The position numbers and the translations under genes are program-made. The notes below the pieces were generated by a model. It worked only from the letters and a program-made list of their open reading frames with translations. It ran no database searches and was not told where the DNA came from. From Dehalococcoidia bacterium (GTDB lineage: Bacteria; Chloroflexota; Dehalococcoidia; Bin125), in contig OZ247431.1 in assembly GCA_965232875.1 (NCBI GenBank), forward strand, positions 249,319 through 313,318: a DNA stretch of 64,000 nt, written 5' to 3'. Below, piece after piece: positions 18,681 through 29,185 of the stretch. Within the stretch, counting starts at the first letter, position 1. Each line of letters begins with the position of its first letter.

Positions 18681-19472
18681 CTAGCGTCGTTGGAAGCTTG
18701 GGTCGCGGCGCTCCTTGAACGAGCGCGCGCCTTCACCGGCGTCGAGCGAGTTGCGCAGCCACGCCTGATTGAGCTCCTCAAGTTGTGCCTGCTGAGTGGC
18801 GTCGTTGTTGAGGGCGGCGTAGATCGCGCGTTTGGTCAGACCCATAGCCCAGGGCGCGCCCTGCGCCAGCCGATCGGCCAACGCCAGAGTTTCGCTCATC
18901 AGTTCATCGTGGGTGACGACGCGGTTGGTGATTCCCAACTCCAGAGCGCGGTTAGCGTCGATTGGATCCGACGTCCAGAACGCCTCCAGGGCTCGCGAGT
19001 GGCCGACCAGACGAGTGAGCGTCCACGAGGCTGCCCAGTCCGGCCCCAATCCAATCTTGAGGAATCCTGGGTGGAAGCGGGCATTCTCCGACATGATGCG
19101 AATGTCGGCGGACAGTGCAATCGCGAATCCAGCGCCAGCGGCTGCGCCGTTGACCGCTGCGATGACCGGGATTTCCAACTGCTGGAGCTCAGCGGTGAAT
19201 CCGTAGCGCAGTTCGGTCGAGCCGAGTCCAGGCTGCGATTCGGCGGCGACCCGTTCCTCGCGATTGGAGAGGTCGGCACCCGAGCAGAACCCGCGCCCGG
19301 CACCGGTGATCACGAGCACACGCGCCTCAGGGTCGGCCTTGAGATCGACGACCATCTCCCGCAGTCCTGTGCGGATGCGGCCTGAGAGTGCGTTGAGCAC
19401 CTCGGGCCGGTTGAGCGTCGCGACGACGACTCCGTTGGATCGCTTCTCGATCAGCAGGTGGTCCTCAGACAT
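18681..19472 (-). CDS. enoyl-CoA hydratase/isomerase family
   Basis: LNRPEVLNAL, FCSGADL, AAVNGAAAGAG. Confidence 0.92.
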   Translation of the reverse strand: MSEDHLLIEKRSNGVVVATLNRPEVLNALSGRIRTGLREMVVDLKADPEARVLVITGAGRGFCSGADLSNREERVAAESQPGLGSTELRYGFTAELQQLEIPVIAAVNGAAAGAGFAIALSADIRIMSENARFHPGFLKIGLGPDWAASWTLTRLVGHSRALEAFWTSDPIDANRALELGITNRVVTHDELMSETLALADRLAQGAPWAMGLTKRAIYAALNNDATQQAQLEELNQAWLRNSLDAGEGARSFKERRDPSFQRR

Positions 19473-19474
19473 GG

Positions 19475-20665
19475 TCAGACTCTTTCTGTTTGCGATTGGC
19501 TTGTTGCCGGGAGGATCTCATGGTTGTGTTGGCCAGGAGTCGGCGCAGGACGTGTCTGCCAGGGAGTAGCCGACATCTTGAGCGGAGCGCCCGGTGACTT
19601 GAGACGGCCAAGCGCCGGGTCGTCGACTTCAGTGAAGAAGGCTCGGGCAGCGAGCTGTGGACTGTCGACGATGTCCTGCATCGTATTGACTGGACAGATC
19701 ATCACGTTGAATTGCTGTCCCGATTCATACAATGCCTGTGCGCCACGTGTTGCGAAAAAGGCTTCGATTTCTGCTTCGAGTTCGGCGACTTCTTCGCTGC
19801 TCGGGGTGCGGTCGCCGGCGATGGGGATGTTGGCCCAATATTCGGCGTCGAACTGCGGGTGGCCGTGCTCGGCGGTCATCCAACGGTGGAGCGAATGAAT
19901 CGAGGCTGGAACGCGGACGAAGGCGACGTAGCCGTCGGCGCAGGGGTAGATGATCCGCGTCGCGCGGTCGGCGAAGGCGCGGGCGCCGCCGGCTCGTTTG
20001 GTGATGATGCCGTCCATCTCCCAGTGCAATCGTGCGTTGCCCAGGGTGTTGGCCATCGCCGCTTGCATCGAGACGTCGACGTGCTGGCCCCGCCCGGTGA
20101 GATTTCGGGCGTGGAGCGCGATCATCGCTGCGGAGCCGGCATTGAGAGCGGTGATGTTGTACGCCTGCTCGACCGATGGTCGCAGAGGCGCACGTTCAGG
20201 ATCGCCGACGAGCGAACTGAGCCCGCCGGAGACGTGTCCGATCAGGTCGGACGCCGCCCACATTGACTTTGGTCCGTCCTGACCAAACGGAGTGATTGAG
20301 ACATAGATCAGTTGGGGCGCTCGTTCGCGCAGGTCGTCATAGCCGAGCTCTCGTGCCGCCATTGCTCCCGGCGCGTCCGATTCAAACAGGAAGTCGGCGC
20401 GCTCGCAAAGCAGGCGCAGGCGCTCGCGGTCCGATTCATCTTCCAGGTCGAGCGTGATCGATCGCTTGCCCGCGTTCATCTGGGCCCAGTAGAGCGAGGA
20501 ATCATCGTCGTCGCGCAGCATCGGACCGCGACGCCGCGTCGGATGTCCGCCGGGCGGTTCGATGCGGATCACGTCGGCCCCGAGTCCGGCCAGCACCATC
20601 GTCGAGAGTCCGCCGATTTCGGCCGTCAGATCGATGGCCTGATACGGGGTCAGCGCGCCAGTCAT
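19475..20665 (-). CDS. class III CoA-transferase, BbsE-like subunit
   Basis: LGADVIRIEPPGG, NAGKRS; EQAYN in place of the catalytic Asp. Confidence 0.88.
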   Translation of the reverse strand: MTGALTPYQAIDLTAEIGGLSTMVLAGLGADVIRIEPPGGHPTRRRGPMLRDDDDSSLYWAQMNAGKRSITLDLEDESDRERLRLLCERADFLFESDAPGAMAARELGYDDLRERAPQLIYVSITPFGQDGPKSMWAASDLIGHVSGGLSSLVGDPERAPLRPSVEQAYNITALNAGSAAMIALHARNLTGRGQHVDVSMQAAMANTLGNARLHWEMDGIITKRAGGARAFADRATRIIYPCADGYVAFVRVPASIHSLHRWMTAEHGHPQFDAEYWANIPIAGDRTPSSEEVAELEAEIEAFFATRGAQALYESGQQFNVMICPVNTMQDIVDSPQLAARAFFTEVDDPALGRLKSPGAPLKMSATPWQTRPAPTPGQHNHEILPATSQSQTERV

Positions 20666-20836
20666 GGCGACAGGCTACTCGCAACTCGCGCTCGCTCGAT
20701 GGCCGAGTTCTCGGATCCGGCAGCGAGTCGATTGATACCCCATTTCCAGCGGAGTACGGTGAGCCTCAGAGGATCGAGTGAAGGGAGGTCGAGAGGGAGC
20801 GCTCTTCCGTATCGAAGGTTCGGGCGGAGGTCGAAG

Positions 20837-21685
20837 ATGTTGAGAATCGCATTGTTGGTTATCGCGACAGTGTGGGCCAGCTTGTGGCTCAGTAGCGAGG
20901 TCCGTGCCGAAGCGCCTCCGGCAACTCCGGAAGGCCAGTCGGAAGCCACCCATCCCTGTCCGGTGTTCGAGGCCTAGCACGTGATCGTGGATGAGTTTCG
21001 CTTCGATTTGGCCGGCGAGTATCGTCATCTTGCTTCCTCGCCCACCGGAGGCTGCAGCATTGAGCTGTTGGTCATCCGGGCTGAGCCGATGGAGACAGAT
21101 TCACAGCCAGTCCAGTGCGTCATCACGGTCGATCCCGCGCAGCACGGGCTTGGTCTGCAAATCGCGACACGCGGCGAAGGCGCGTGCGATCGGCTGACCT
21201 TGCGGACACGTGTGTTCATTGCCGGTGATGGCCAAGCCGCGCCCGGTCAACACGGCGAGCCGCCGAGATCACGATTGGCTCGGGCCACGATGGTCGGATT
21301 CGACCCAGTATGGCGTCCGATGTGGACCACTGTCGCCCGAGTCTCATGGTCGTACACGCAGACTGCGATCATCGATTGGTCGTGGGATGCGCTGATCATC
21401 CGTACCGAGGGATGGGTACCGACGTTGGAAAACGATGGCAGCCGGTACCATTTCTCGGCAAATGCGATCGAGACGTGGGCGCAGGTCCATTGGGAATCAA
21501 ACAACTTCGGTGAGGCGTTCGATTCGGACTTGCCCGTCACGATTACTGCGAAGCCAACCGTATGGGCGCTCGCTAACGGGGATTACTCCTGTACCTTCTG
21601 GCACAGTGAGTGGGATGGAATCTTCAGTGCCCTCGGCGAACAGTTAGTCAACGTTCGAGTGCTCAAGGTCTGTGCCGCACAATGA
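20837..21685 (+). pseudogene. secreted hypothetical protein with in-frame TAG (20975-20977)
   Basis: GGAGG RBS; signal peptide MLRIALLVIATVWASLWLSSEVRA; frame continues 234 aa after the TAG. Confidence 0.7.
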
Positions 21686-22020
21686 AGCGGCATGGAGCGT
21701 TTTGGAGACTCGGACGCGCCTGGACTATTCGGACAGGTGATCCACCAGGCTGGGCCCGATGGGCCCAGCCTGGCGACGTTCGGTTTACGCGACGACTGAT
21801 ACTAGGTTGCGCTTCGATAGGGATCAGTGCAGGCTTGCTGATTCCATACACGTTTGTGATCATCGGAGCAGCCTGGGTGGGTCTGCTTGTCGGAATGCTG
21901 CTCTACCCGACTCCACGGCGCCTGATGTTCGTGATGGTCTTGGGCTTTGCGGCGCTTTGGCCGTGGTTTCCTCATCTCATTGCAGGCAGCGACTGGCGAC
22001 CATGGTTGACTGGCGGATGA
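21682..22020 (+). CDS. small multi-TM membrane protein (paralog 1)
   Basis: ATGA overlap with upstream gene; GDPP..ARW..PGD..FT.RL..GC motif shared with the next gene. Confidence 0.7.
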   Translation: MKRHGAFWRLGRAWTIRTGDPPGWARWAQPGDVRFTRRLILGCASIGISAGLLIPYTFVIIGAAWVGLLVGMLLYPTPRRLMFVMVLGFAALWPWFPHLIAGSDWRPWLTGG

Positions 22021-22024
22021 TCCT

Positions 22025-22411
22025 ATGGTCGCAGTCCTAATGACGCTTACTGGACGACATGACATGGTCATGTTCTACATGTGGATCACCAAGCACCGCG
22101 CTTGGTGGGGCGATCCTCCGGTTCGGGCCCGTTGGGATCGGCCGGGGGATCGGAAATTTACTGGTCGGCTGATGGCCGGATGCGCTGTCATCGGTATCGG
22201 CGGTGCGGTGTTGTATCCGTACTCGTTCCCTATCATTGGAGCTTGTTGGATTGGGCTACTTGTCGCGTTGGCACTGTTCCCGACAAGGAGCCGTATGGTG
22301 TTGGTCATCCTGTTTGCCGCGGCAATGCTCTGGCCGTTCTACCCGAGTTTCTTCTTCGGTAGGGAGTGCGTGCCATGGCCTGCACCTTGCGCGGTGTCGC
22401 CCTCGCCGTGA
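22025..22411 (+). CDS. small multi-TM membrane protein (paralog 2)
   Basis: Clear homology to 21682-22020; start uncertain. Confidence 0.7.
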   Translation: MVAVLMTLTGRHDMVMFYMWITKHRAWWGDPPVRARWDRPGDRKFTGRLMAGCAVIGIGGAVLYPYSFPIIGACWIGLLVALALFPTRSRMVLVILFAAAMLWPFYPSFFFGRECVPWPAPCAVSPSP

Positions 22412-22519
22412 CACGTCTACATCGCAGCGTTGGTTCAGTCATGCAACCAATCGGTTGGGTCCTGCGGCACCGTGCTTGGTAGGGCGATCCTCCGGCATTC
22501 GCCAGCTGCGCGGCTCGAC

Positions 22520-24760
22520 CTATTTCAGGATCAGCTTGAGCTGGTAGGCGCCCGTTGGGACATACTCCCACGCATTGGCCGGCGCATTGTCATGGCTGAG
22601 TTCGATGTAGTATTTGCCGCTGCTCCCGACCGTAAACGAGAACCCATCCGTGTGCCTCGTGACTGTTCCGCCGGTGGCGTCGATCGGTACGCCATTGGCG
22701 TCACGCACCAGGTAGACGTAGCCGCGACTCAGGGCATGGATGCGCGAGTCGCCGCTGTAGCCCGACACTTGGATTCGGTATTCTTTGCCCGCCGCTAGCG
22801 ATACCTCGAACCAGTCATAATCGTTGCGGTACTGGACGTCGCCGATCGCGGTTGTCGAGGCGCCCGCCGTCGTCGGCGCGTCGAGCGTGCAAGCGTACGT
22901 CACGCTGTTGCTGCAGTCATCGCCCGGCTGCGAAAGCCGCGGCCACGGTCCGGGGTACACGCCGCGCGACTTCGTCTCGATGTATATCGCACCCTGTATC
23001 CGTGACTGCTCGAGTTCGAGCACCCCGAACCACACTCGCCGATGTTTTCCGCTGATGTTGGTGCGGACCTCATTCGTCCCGTCGTGACCGATGCCGACCA
23101 CCGAGCGGACACGCATGTTGACGTACTGGTTCAGATGCGAATTGGGCAACGGATTCTCGCCGATTCGGTAGTCGTCGTAATGCTCGCCTGGGTGCGAGCC
23201 GTCGAAGAAGGTCAGCCACTCGCCGCTGATGCTGCTGTCGGCGGCCTTGGCCTTCGCCACCGTCCGGCACTGGTCGCCATCGTTCACAATCGTCGAGTAA
23301 AACTGCAACTCGTATGCCGGAGCTTCGCCGTTCACATACTTCCCATTCTGATATTGGTTCAGATTATAATGTTTCGCTCCGCTCTCCTTGAGGTAAGGCA
23401 CGAGCGTCAGCGACCTCAGCGGATACGACGGAGACCTGTCGTAAGCGCTGGGGAATGGAAGCTTGTAGCAGAACTCGACCCATGTCGACTTCTCCGCATC
23501 TGGGGCCTGCCACGGCGGCAGCGGACAGTATCTCGCCCATGGGTAGCTGGCGAACCTTGCTCGAGCTTCTTCCGATGCATCGGTAGAGGGATGGTCAGCG
23601 CACCCTTCCCACCAAACACTGGGGGGCTGTCCCGACGGAGTTGTCGGATCGGTGAGCAAGAACATCTCGTACACACCGTGCGGCAAGACGCGATGCTCGA
23701 GCAGCTTCGAGTAATTGTAGTAATTCCAGCTTCCGATCTCGTGGTACGGAGAAGCGACATATCCGATGACATAGCTCTGATCATAGATATAGACCTGCAG
23801 CGTCGGCCCGCCAACCGGCGAAGCGACTGAAGTCCCGTCTCGTTTGGTCAGTTGATGGCCCAAGGTGAGAATGTGGTGTGAATCGTCCGAATCTGGGATG
23901 TTGTACAGCGTCACGAGCTGCTCGTAGTCGTCACCGCAGCCGGAGAAGCTGATCGGAAATGAACCAATGCCGAGAGCGGTGCGTGTATCCGGGATCGAAG
24001 TGCCGAGGGCGACGCCGACCGCCGACTTACCGCCCCAGCGTGACGCCTCGAACCGCCCGATGACGGAAATGCTGATCTCGGCGGCGCCGCTGCTCGATGC
24101 GGGACACGCCCCGCCATCTTCAGCGGCGTCGGCCGCCAAGGCGACCGCGTAGGTCAGCGATACGTTGCTGCCGAGGGCGTGATCCACCGGTTTGTCGCCA
24201 ATCATCCTCTTGTTCCACTCGGCGCCATCGATCTGGCGGATCCGGACGTTGTCGTTCGCCTTGGTGGTCATGCCAACCGTGGATGCCGTGGTGGTCGGCA
24301 GGTTTGTGAAATCCACCTGGTAGACGCGGTAGCGGTGGTCGAGATTGGCCCCCAGCACGTATCAGCCGATGGCCGCCCGATCGTTGGCGAGGGGCTTGAC
24401 CCGATACGAGATGGACTCTCCGCCGCCCTTGCGGAAACTGAGCTGGTGCGCCGAGTGCAGCTCATCGTTGAGGATCAGGGTTGCGACATTGCGCTTGAGT
24501 GATACCAGGAAGACTTCGACGCTCTCGCCCTCGGCGAGGTGTTCATCGAGCGTGACCGTGACGACCAGGTCGCCCGTCGACGCGTCGTGGGCAACCGTTC
24601 CCGAATGAGAGCTCTTGATGTCAATGTCGGATTGCGCGGTCACCGAGACGGACAGCGCCGCGAAGGCGAGCGCGACGATGGCAGATGCGGTCCACGTGAT
24701 TCGCGTGGGCCATCGGCGACGCCGTGGGTCGAGATGGAATCGAGTTGTCTGCTTAACCAT
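22520..24760 (-). pseudogene. large secreted protein with C-terminal PPC-like domain and in-frame TGA (24362-24364)
   Basis: GAGGAG RBS; signal peptide ...SAIVALAFAALSVSVTAQS; same frame across the TGA; DYDWFEVSLAAGKEYRI...GKYYI...TGAYQL. Confidence 0.7.
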
Positions 24761-25147
24761 CGGTCTGCTCCTCGCGCCAACGGCGTCTGAACCGAATCGA
24801 TCCGCGCAGGCGAGTAACCTACCACGAAGCTCCTCAAGCAGTCGCAGGCGACTCGCCCGCGTCGTCCCAGTATCGCAAAAGCAACTCGCTTGTCTAGCAT
24901 CCCGCGGCGCGCAGATCGTTCCGCTCAGCCTGAGACGCACGCGGGTGTGAGGGTCAACGGATGCAGGACCCTCACCCTACTCCCAGAGAGAGGGGACTGG
25001 AACTGGATTTACACGCAGGTCTGCACGGAGAGGGAGCCGGCATCTGGTTTGCAGCAGGTCGCCGACAAACAGGTACTGCTGCATTACGCTCAAGACATTG
25101 CGTGCCGATGTCGGGTCCTGCTTCGGCAACGGCGATTGGAGAACAGC

Positions 25148-26221
25148 GTGGCGATCTCAGCCGATCGTTCGCCGATCCGTGCGGCGATCATTAATGTGAC
25201 GGGTTACGTCGGAGCGGAACTGGCGCGTCTGCTGGCGCAGCACCCGGCGGTGGAGATCGTCTGTGTGACCGGCCGTTCCGAGGTGGGCAAGCGCCTGCCG
25301 GACGTGTTCCCGCACCTCTGGTCGCTCGATCTTCCGATTGTGGCTGAGGTCGAGGACGAGGTCGACGTTATCTTTTCCGGTCTGCCGCACGCGGCGGCGG
25401 CCGAACGGCTGACGCCGTTCATTGAACGCGGAACACCCGTGATTGATGCGTCGGCAGACTTTCGCCTGTACGACGAAGAAACGTATGAGCAGTGGTACGG
25501 GGAGCATCCGTCGCCGCAACTGCTGGAGCAATCGGTGTACGGACTGCCGGAGTTGCACCGCGACGCGATCGTTGAATCTCGACTGGTCGGCGTACCGGGC
25601 TGCTACCCAACGTCGGCAATCCTGGCTCTGGCGCCGCTGGCCGCGCAGGGCTGGCTCGATGGTCGAACCGTCGTTGATGCGAAGTCGGGAGTCTCGGGAG
25701 CGGGGCGAGCGCTGAAGATCACGTCTCACTTCTCCGAGGTTGATTCCAACTTCTCCGCCTATGGACTCTCGGGACACCGGCACCAGCCGGAGATGGTCCA
25801 GGAACTCTCGACGCTGCAACACGCCACCGAAAGTGAGGCTGAGTTGAGCGTCACGTTTGTACCGCATCTCGTGCCGATGACGCGGGGCATTCTGGCGACT
25901 TGCTATCCGTCGATCCAGGACGGCGCGCTGCCGGAGAACTCGGATGAGCGTGCCGAGGCGTTGCGCGATGTGTATGAGTCGTACTACGCCGAGGAACCGT
26001 TTGTTCATGTTGCACCGAATGCGCCTTCGACCAAGCAGACGCTCGGCTCGAACGCGTGCATCGTGTATCCGATGGTCGATCCGATGACTGGCGAGGTCAT
26101 GGTGATCAGCGCTATCGACAACCTGGTCAAAGGCACAGCGGGCGCGGCAGTGCAGTGCTTCAATCTGATGTTCGGCATCCCCGAGGAAGTCGGACTGAGC
26201 AAGATTGGCGTATACCCATGA
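25148..26221 (+). CDS. argC: N-acetyl-gamma-glutamyl-phosphate reductase
   Basis: TGYVGAEL, PGCYPT, SGVSGAGR, IDNLVKG. Confidence 0.96.
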   Translation: MAISADRSPIRAAIINVTGYVGAELARLLAQHPAVEIVCVTGRSEVGKRLPDVFPHLWSLDLPIVAEVEDEVDVIFSGLPHAAAAERLTPFIERGTPVIDASADFRLYDEETYEQWYGEHPSPQLLEQSVYGLPELHRDAIVESRLVGVPGCYPTSAILALAPLAAQGWLDGRTVVDAKSGVSGAGRALKITSHFSEVDSNFSAYGLSGHRHQPEMVQELSTLQHATESEAELSVTFVPHLVPMTRGILATCYPSIQDGALPENSDERAEALRDVYESYYAEEPFVHVAPNAPSTKQTLGSNACIVYPMVDPMTGEVMVISAIDNLVKGTAGAAVQCFNLMFGIPEEVGLSKIGVYP

Positions 26222-27435
26222 GCGCGTCACATGACTCGTTGGGAGCAAACCCCGCCGCCGAAGGGGCTGTCACCCGAGCTCAGGGTTTCTCGGCTTGCGG
26301 GTTTACGGCAGGCATCAAGGAGTCCGGGCTACCCGATCTGGCAATGCTGGTCTCGGACCGACCCGCGACGACTGCCGCCGTCTACACACAGAACCAGAGC
26401 ACGGCTGCGCCGGTTCACATCAGCAAAGTGCATACGAAGAACGGCACGCTGCGAGCGGTGGTCGTCAATTCGGGTAACGCCAACTGCGCGACTGGCGAAC
26501 AGGGCATGGCCGATGCTCGGGAAATGACCCGACTGGCAGCCGAACTCGTTGGCTGCATTGCCGAGGATGTCTTCGTTAATTCGACCGGCATCATCGGTCA
26601 CTACCTGTCGATGGACCTATTGCGCAGTGGTATCCCGCAAATGGAGCCGAGGGCAGACGGCGGAGCTGAGTTCGCCCGCGCAATCATGACGACCGATACG
26701 TTTGCCAAGGAAGCGGTATCCACATTCGAAGCGAGCGGCGTGACGTACACCGTCGGCGGTTGCGCCAAAGGCGCGGGGATGATTCATCCCGATATGGCGA
26801 CGATGCTGGCGTTTTTCACGACCGATGCGCCGGTGGCAGTGAGCCACCTTGATGCCACATTCCGGTTTGCCATGGATCGATCGTTCAATATGGTCACGGT
26901 CGATGGCGATACGTCGACAAATGACTCCTCGGTCATCCTGGCGAACGGCGCTGCCGGCGGGCCACCGCTTTCAGGTCGAGGCTTGGACGCGTTCGCTGAT
27001 GCGCTTCTGGATGTCTCGACCAGATTGGCCAAGATGATGGCGCGCGACGGCGAGGGCGCGACGAAGCGGATTTCGATGACTGTGTCAGGCGCGAAGTCGT
27101 GGAGTGACGCTCGCGATGTGGCTCGCACGATTGTCGTCTCACCGCTGCTCAAGGCCGCGCTGAGCAAGTACGACCCCAATTGGGGCCGGATCCTGATGGC
27201 GGCGGGTCGGGCCGGTGTGCCCTATGACCTCGATCGCGTGCGCATCTGGATTTCGGACCTGTGCGTATTCGACGGCACAGCCACTGGCGTACCGGAGGAA
27301 GAAGCGTCGGCTAAGACACAGGGCGATGAGGTGTTCCTGAGGATGGATCTCGGCCAGGGAGAAGCCGAAGCGACAGCCTGGGGCTGCGATCTGACCGAGG
27401 AGTACGTCCGCTTCAACGCCGACTACGTGACGTAG
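26218..27435 (+). CDS. argJ: ornithine acetyltransferase
   Basis: NSGNANC, MTTDT, KGAGMIHPDMATML, DGDTSTND. Confidence 0.96.
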   Translation: MSASHDSLGANPAAEGAVTRAQGFSACGFTAGIKESGLPDLAMLVSDRPATTAAVYTQNQSTAAPVHISKVHTKNGTLRAVVVNSGNANCATGEQGMADAREMTRLAAELVGCIAEDVFVNSTGIIGHYLSMDLLRSGIPQMEPRADGGAEFARAIMTTDTFAKEAVSTFEASGVTYTVGGCAKGAGMIHPDMATMLAFFTTDAPVAVSHLDATFRFAMDRSFNMVTVDGDTSTNDSSVILANGAAGGPPLSGRGLDAFADALLDVSTRLAKMMARDGEGATKRISMTVSGAKSWSDARDVARTIVVSPLLKAALSKYDPNWGRILMAAGRAGVPYDLDRVRIWISDLCVFDGTATGVPEEEASAKTQGDEVFLRMDLGQGEAEATAWGCDLTEEYVRFNADYVT

Positions 27436-27493
27436 CCGTCCGTCGGGAGACTTGGATACACTGCGGAGGATTTGAATCGACCGGAGGCTCTCG

Positions 27494-27826
27494 ATGGTGT
27501 GGAAGATTCCAGGCGTGCCCGAGTCGTCACGGCCGCCTGTCATGGTGGGTGAGAATCAGTGGGATGCTAACTCTCACGATGAGTATGAGCGAAGAATTGC
27601 CCTTGTGTCGGAAGAGGACGGAAGCGTCGGCGATCGAGAGTTCATGCTCGCGTTGGGATTGACAGCTGAGTTCCTGCTAGACGAGACGGGTCTGAGCGAC
27701 GCTGAGATTATGGAGCAGTTCGGCATGTCTCGGGAGGAGTTCTCAGACTCTCTCGGCTTGCCAACTGCTGAGGAGATAATCGAATTCGGCGAACGCTGCA
27801 CGGCGCAGTATGCCGTTCAAGGTTGA
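27494..27826 (+). CDS. acidic hypothetical protein, candidate antitoxin
   Basis: GGAGG RBS; overlaps the downstream RelE-like ORF. Confidence 0.5.
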   Translation: MVWKIPGVPESSRPPVMVGENQWDANSHDEYERRIALVSEEDGSVGDREFMLALGLTAEFLLDETGLSDAEIMEQFGMSREEFSDSLGLPTAEEIIEFGERCTAQYAVQG

Positions 27827-28061
27827 CTACAGCGCAGAGACGAAAGCAACGTTCCGCGATTTGAAGCCCATGGAAATGATGGTGGCCCGCAAACTGATCG
27901 GTAGTTTCCGGCATGATCGTTGGCTGAATGGACGGCCACTTCCTGCTCCCGCCTCTCCAGGCACTGAGCTGATGGAACTCAAGAACGGACCGATCCGACT
28001 GGTTTACGAGCTCAATCGCGCCGAAGAATCTGTGTTCATCCGCGCGATCGTCGTCGACTGA
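27810..28061 (+). CDS. RelE/ParE-like protein
   Basis: 83 aa; FKVDYSAETKATFRDL...ELKNGPIRLVYEL...VFIRAI follows the RelE fold pattern. Confidence 0.6.
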   Translation: MPFKVDYSAETKATFRDLKPMEMMVARKLIGSFRHDRWLNGRPLPAPASPGTELMELKNGPIRLVYELNRAEESVFIRAIVVD

Positions 28062-28082
28062 GCCGTCAGAGCCGCTTTCGCT

Positions 28083-29123
28083 TTACTGCAGGGGCAACGG
28101 CGATTGCCACCATGATGGCTTGCTGCTGACTTCGATCCTGGTGACCCACTTGACCCAGTTGTAACCCCGATGGCCTGGTGCGACGAGGCGCATGGGGAAT
28201 CCGTGGCCACTCGAGAGCGGCTCGCCCGAGATATGGGTGGCGAGCAACAACTGGTTGGCGTCGGTAATCGGAAACCGTCGATTGAAGCCGGTTGCCGACT
28301 CGATCACAATGCTCTCCGCGTGTTCGTTGGGAGCAGCGACTGCAATCACGTCGGACAGGCGCACGCCGCTCCATTCCTGGACGGTGTACCAACCCCCGGT
28401 GCAGTCGAGGGTGGCGGTGGTTCGGTGGTTGGCGATGTCCAGGATGGTCTGGTAGCTCAGCCTGGCCGGTGTGCCGACCTCTCCCTGGACGGTAAGCCGC
28501 CAGTCGTTGGCGTCGATTCGCTGCAGGCTGTCGAATAGCCATTGCGTCACCGGATGCGCGTTGCCTTGTCCGCTGGCCTCTTCCCTGGAACCAGTGAATC
28601 TTGGCCGTTTGCCAGTGATCGGCGCTGCTGCCGAGGCTCCCTGCCAAAGCAACAGCCCACCTAGTCCAACGCCAAGCAGTCGCAGAGCAGCTCGGCGGTT
28701 GGTGAAGTCTGTGGTCTTGACCCGCCGCGGCCAACGCATGGCAGCGTGTGCAATCAGCGGGATTGTGAGTGCGAGACCTAGGGTTGTGTGAATGACGAGT
28801 AGGCGCATATTCCCGTAGAGAGGGATATCGATTCCGCCCCGACCGATGATCGCCCAGAGCGTTCCGGTGGTCAGCACGCCGACGAACAACAAGACCAGGA
28901 CGACTGAGCCGATCGTTTCCGACACGACGCCTCGCCGTCGGAATGAACGCAGGACAATGCGGTACTTCCAGACGACCAGCCCAACCAATGAGAATCCGGC
29001 GATCCCGTGCAGCCAGAAGATCCATTCACCGCTGGGACGTCCAATCGTGAACGAGATCAGCCCGGAGAGCAGCTCGATGCTGAGCAGGAAGAGGATTGCA
29101 TGGTTGGTCGCGCGGGCGCTCAT
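28083..29123 (-). CDS. membrane-fused molybdopterin oxidoreductase (sulfite oxidase family)
   Basis: N-terminal TMs with His; LDCTGGW, HGFPMRLVAPG, VKWV. Confidence 0.88.
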   Translation of the reverse strand: MSARATNHAILFLLSIELLSGLISFTIGRPSGEWIFWLHGIAGFSLVGLVVWKYRIVLRSFRRRGVVSETIGSVVLVLLFVGVLTTGTLWAIIGRGGIDIPLYGNMRLLVIHTTLGLALTIPLIAHAAMRWPRRVKTTDFTNRRAALRLLGVGLGGLLLWQGASAAAPITGKRPRFTGSREEASGQGNAHPVTQWLFDSLQRIDANDWRLTVQGEVGTPARLSYQTILDIANHRTTATLDCTGGWYTVQEWSGVRLSDVIAVAAPNEHAESIVIESATGFNRRFPITDANQLLLATHISGEPLSSGHGFPMRLVAPGHRGYNWVKWVTRIEVSSKPSWWQSPLPLQ

Positions 29124-29185
29124 AGGGCGACGGTATCGGGTTCGAGATGCAGTCCGACTGCGATCTGTGGGCTAGGCTTGCATCC

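Noticed and set aside
20975-20977. Pyrrolysine or genome-wide stop reassignment
   Set aside because: No pyl genes seen; TAG and TGA terminate many conserved genes here (argJ, argD, argC)
24942-25020. Riboswitch or attenuator upstream of argC
   Set aside because: The hairpin resembles the REP-like repeat remnants; no recognisable riboswitch, T-box or Arg-rich leader with RBS
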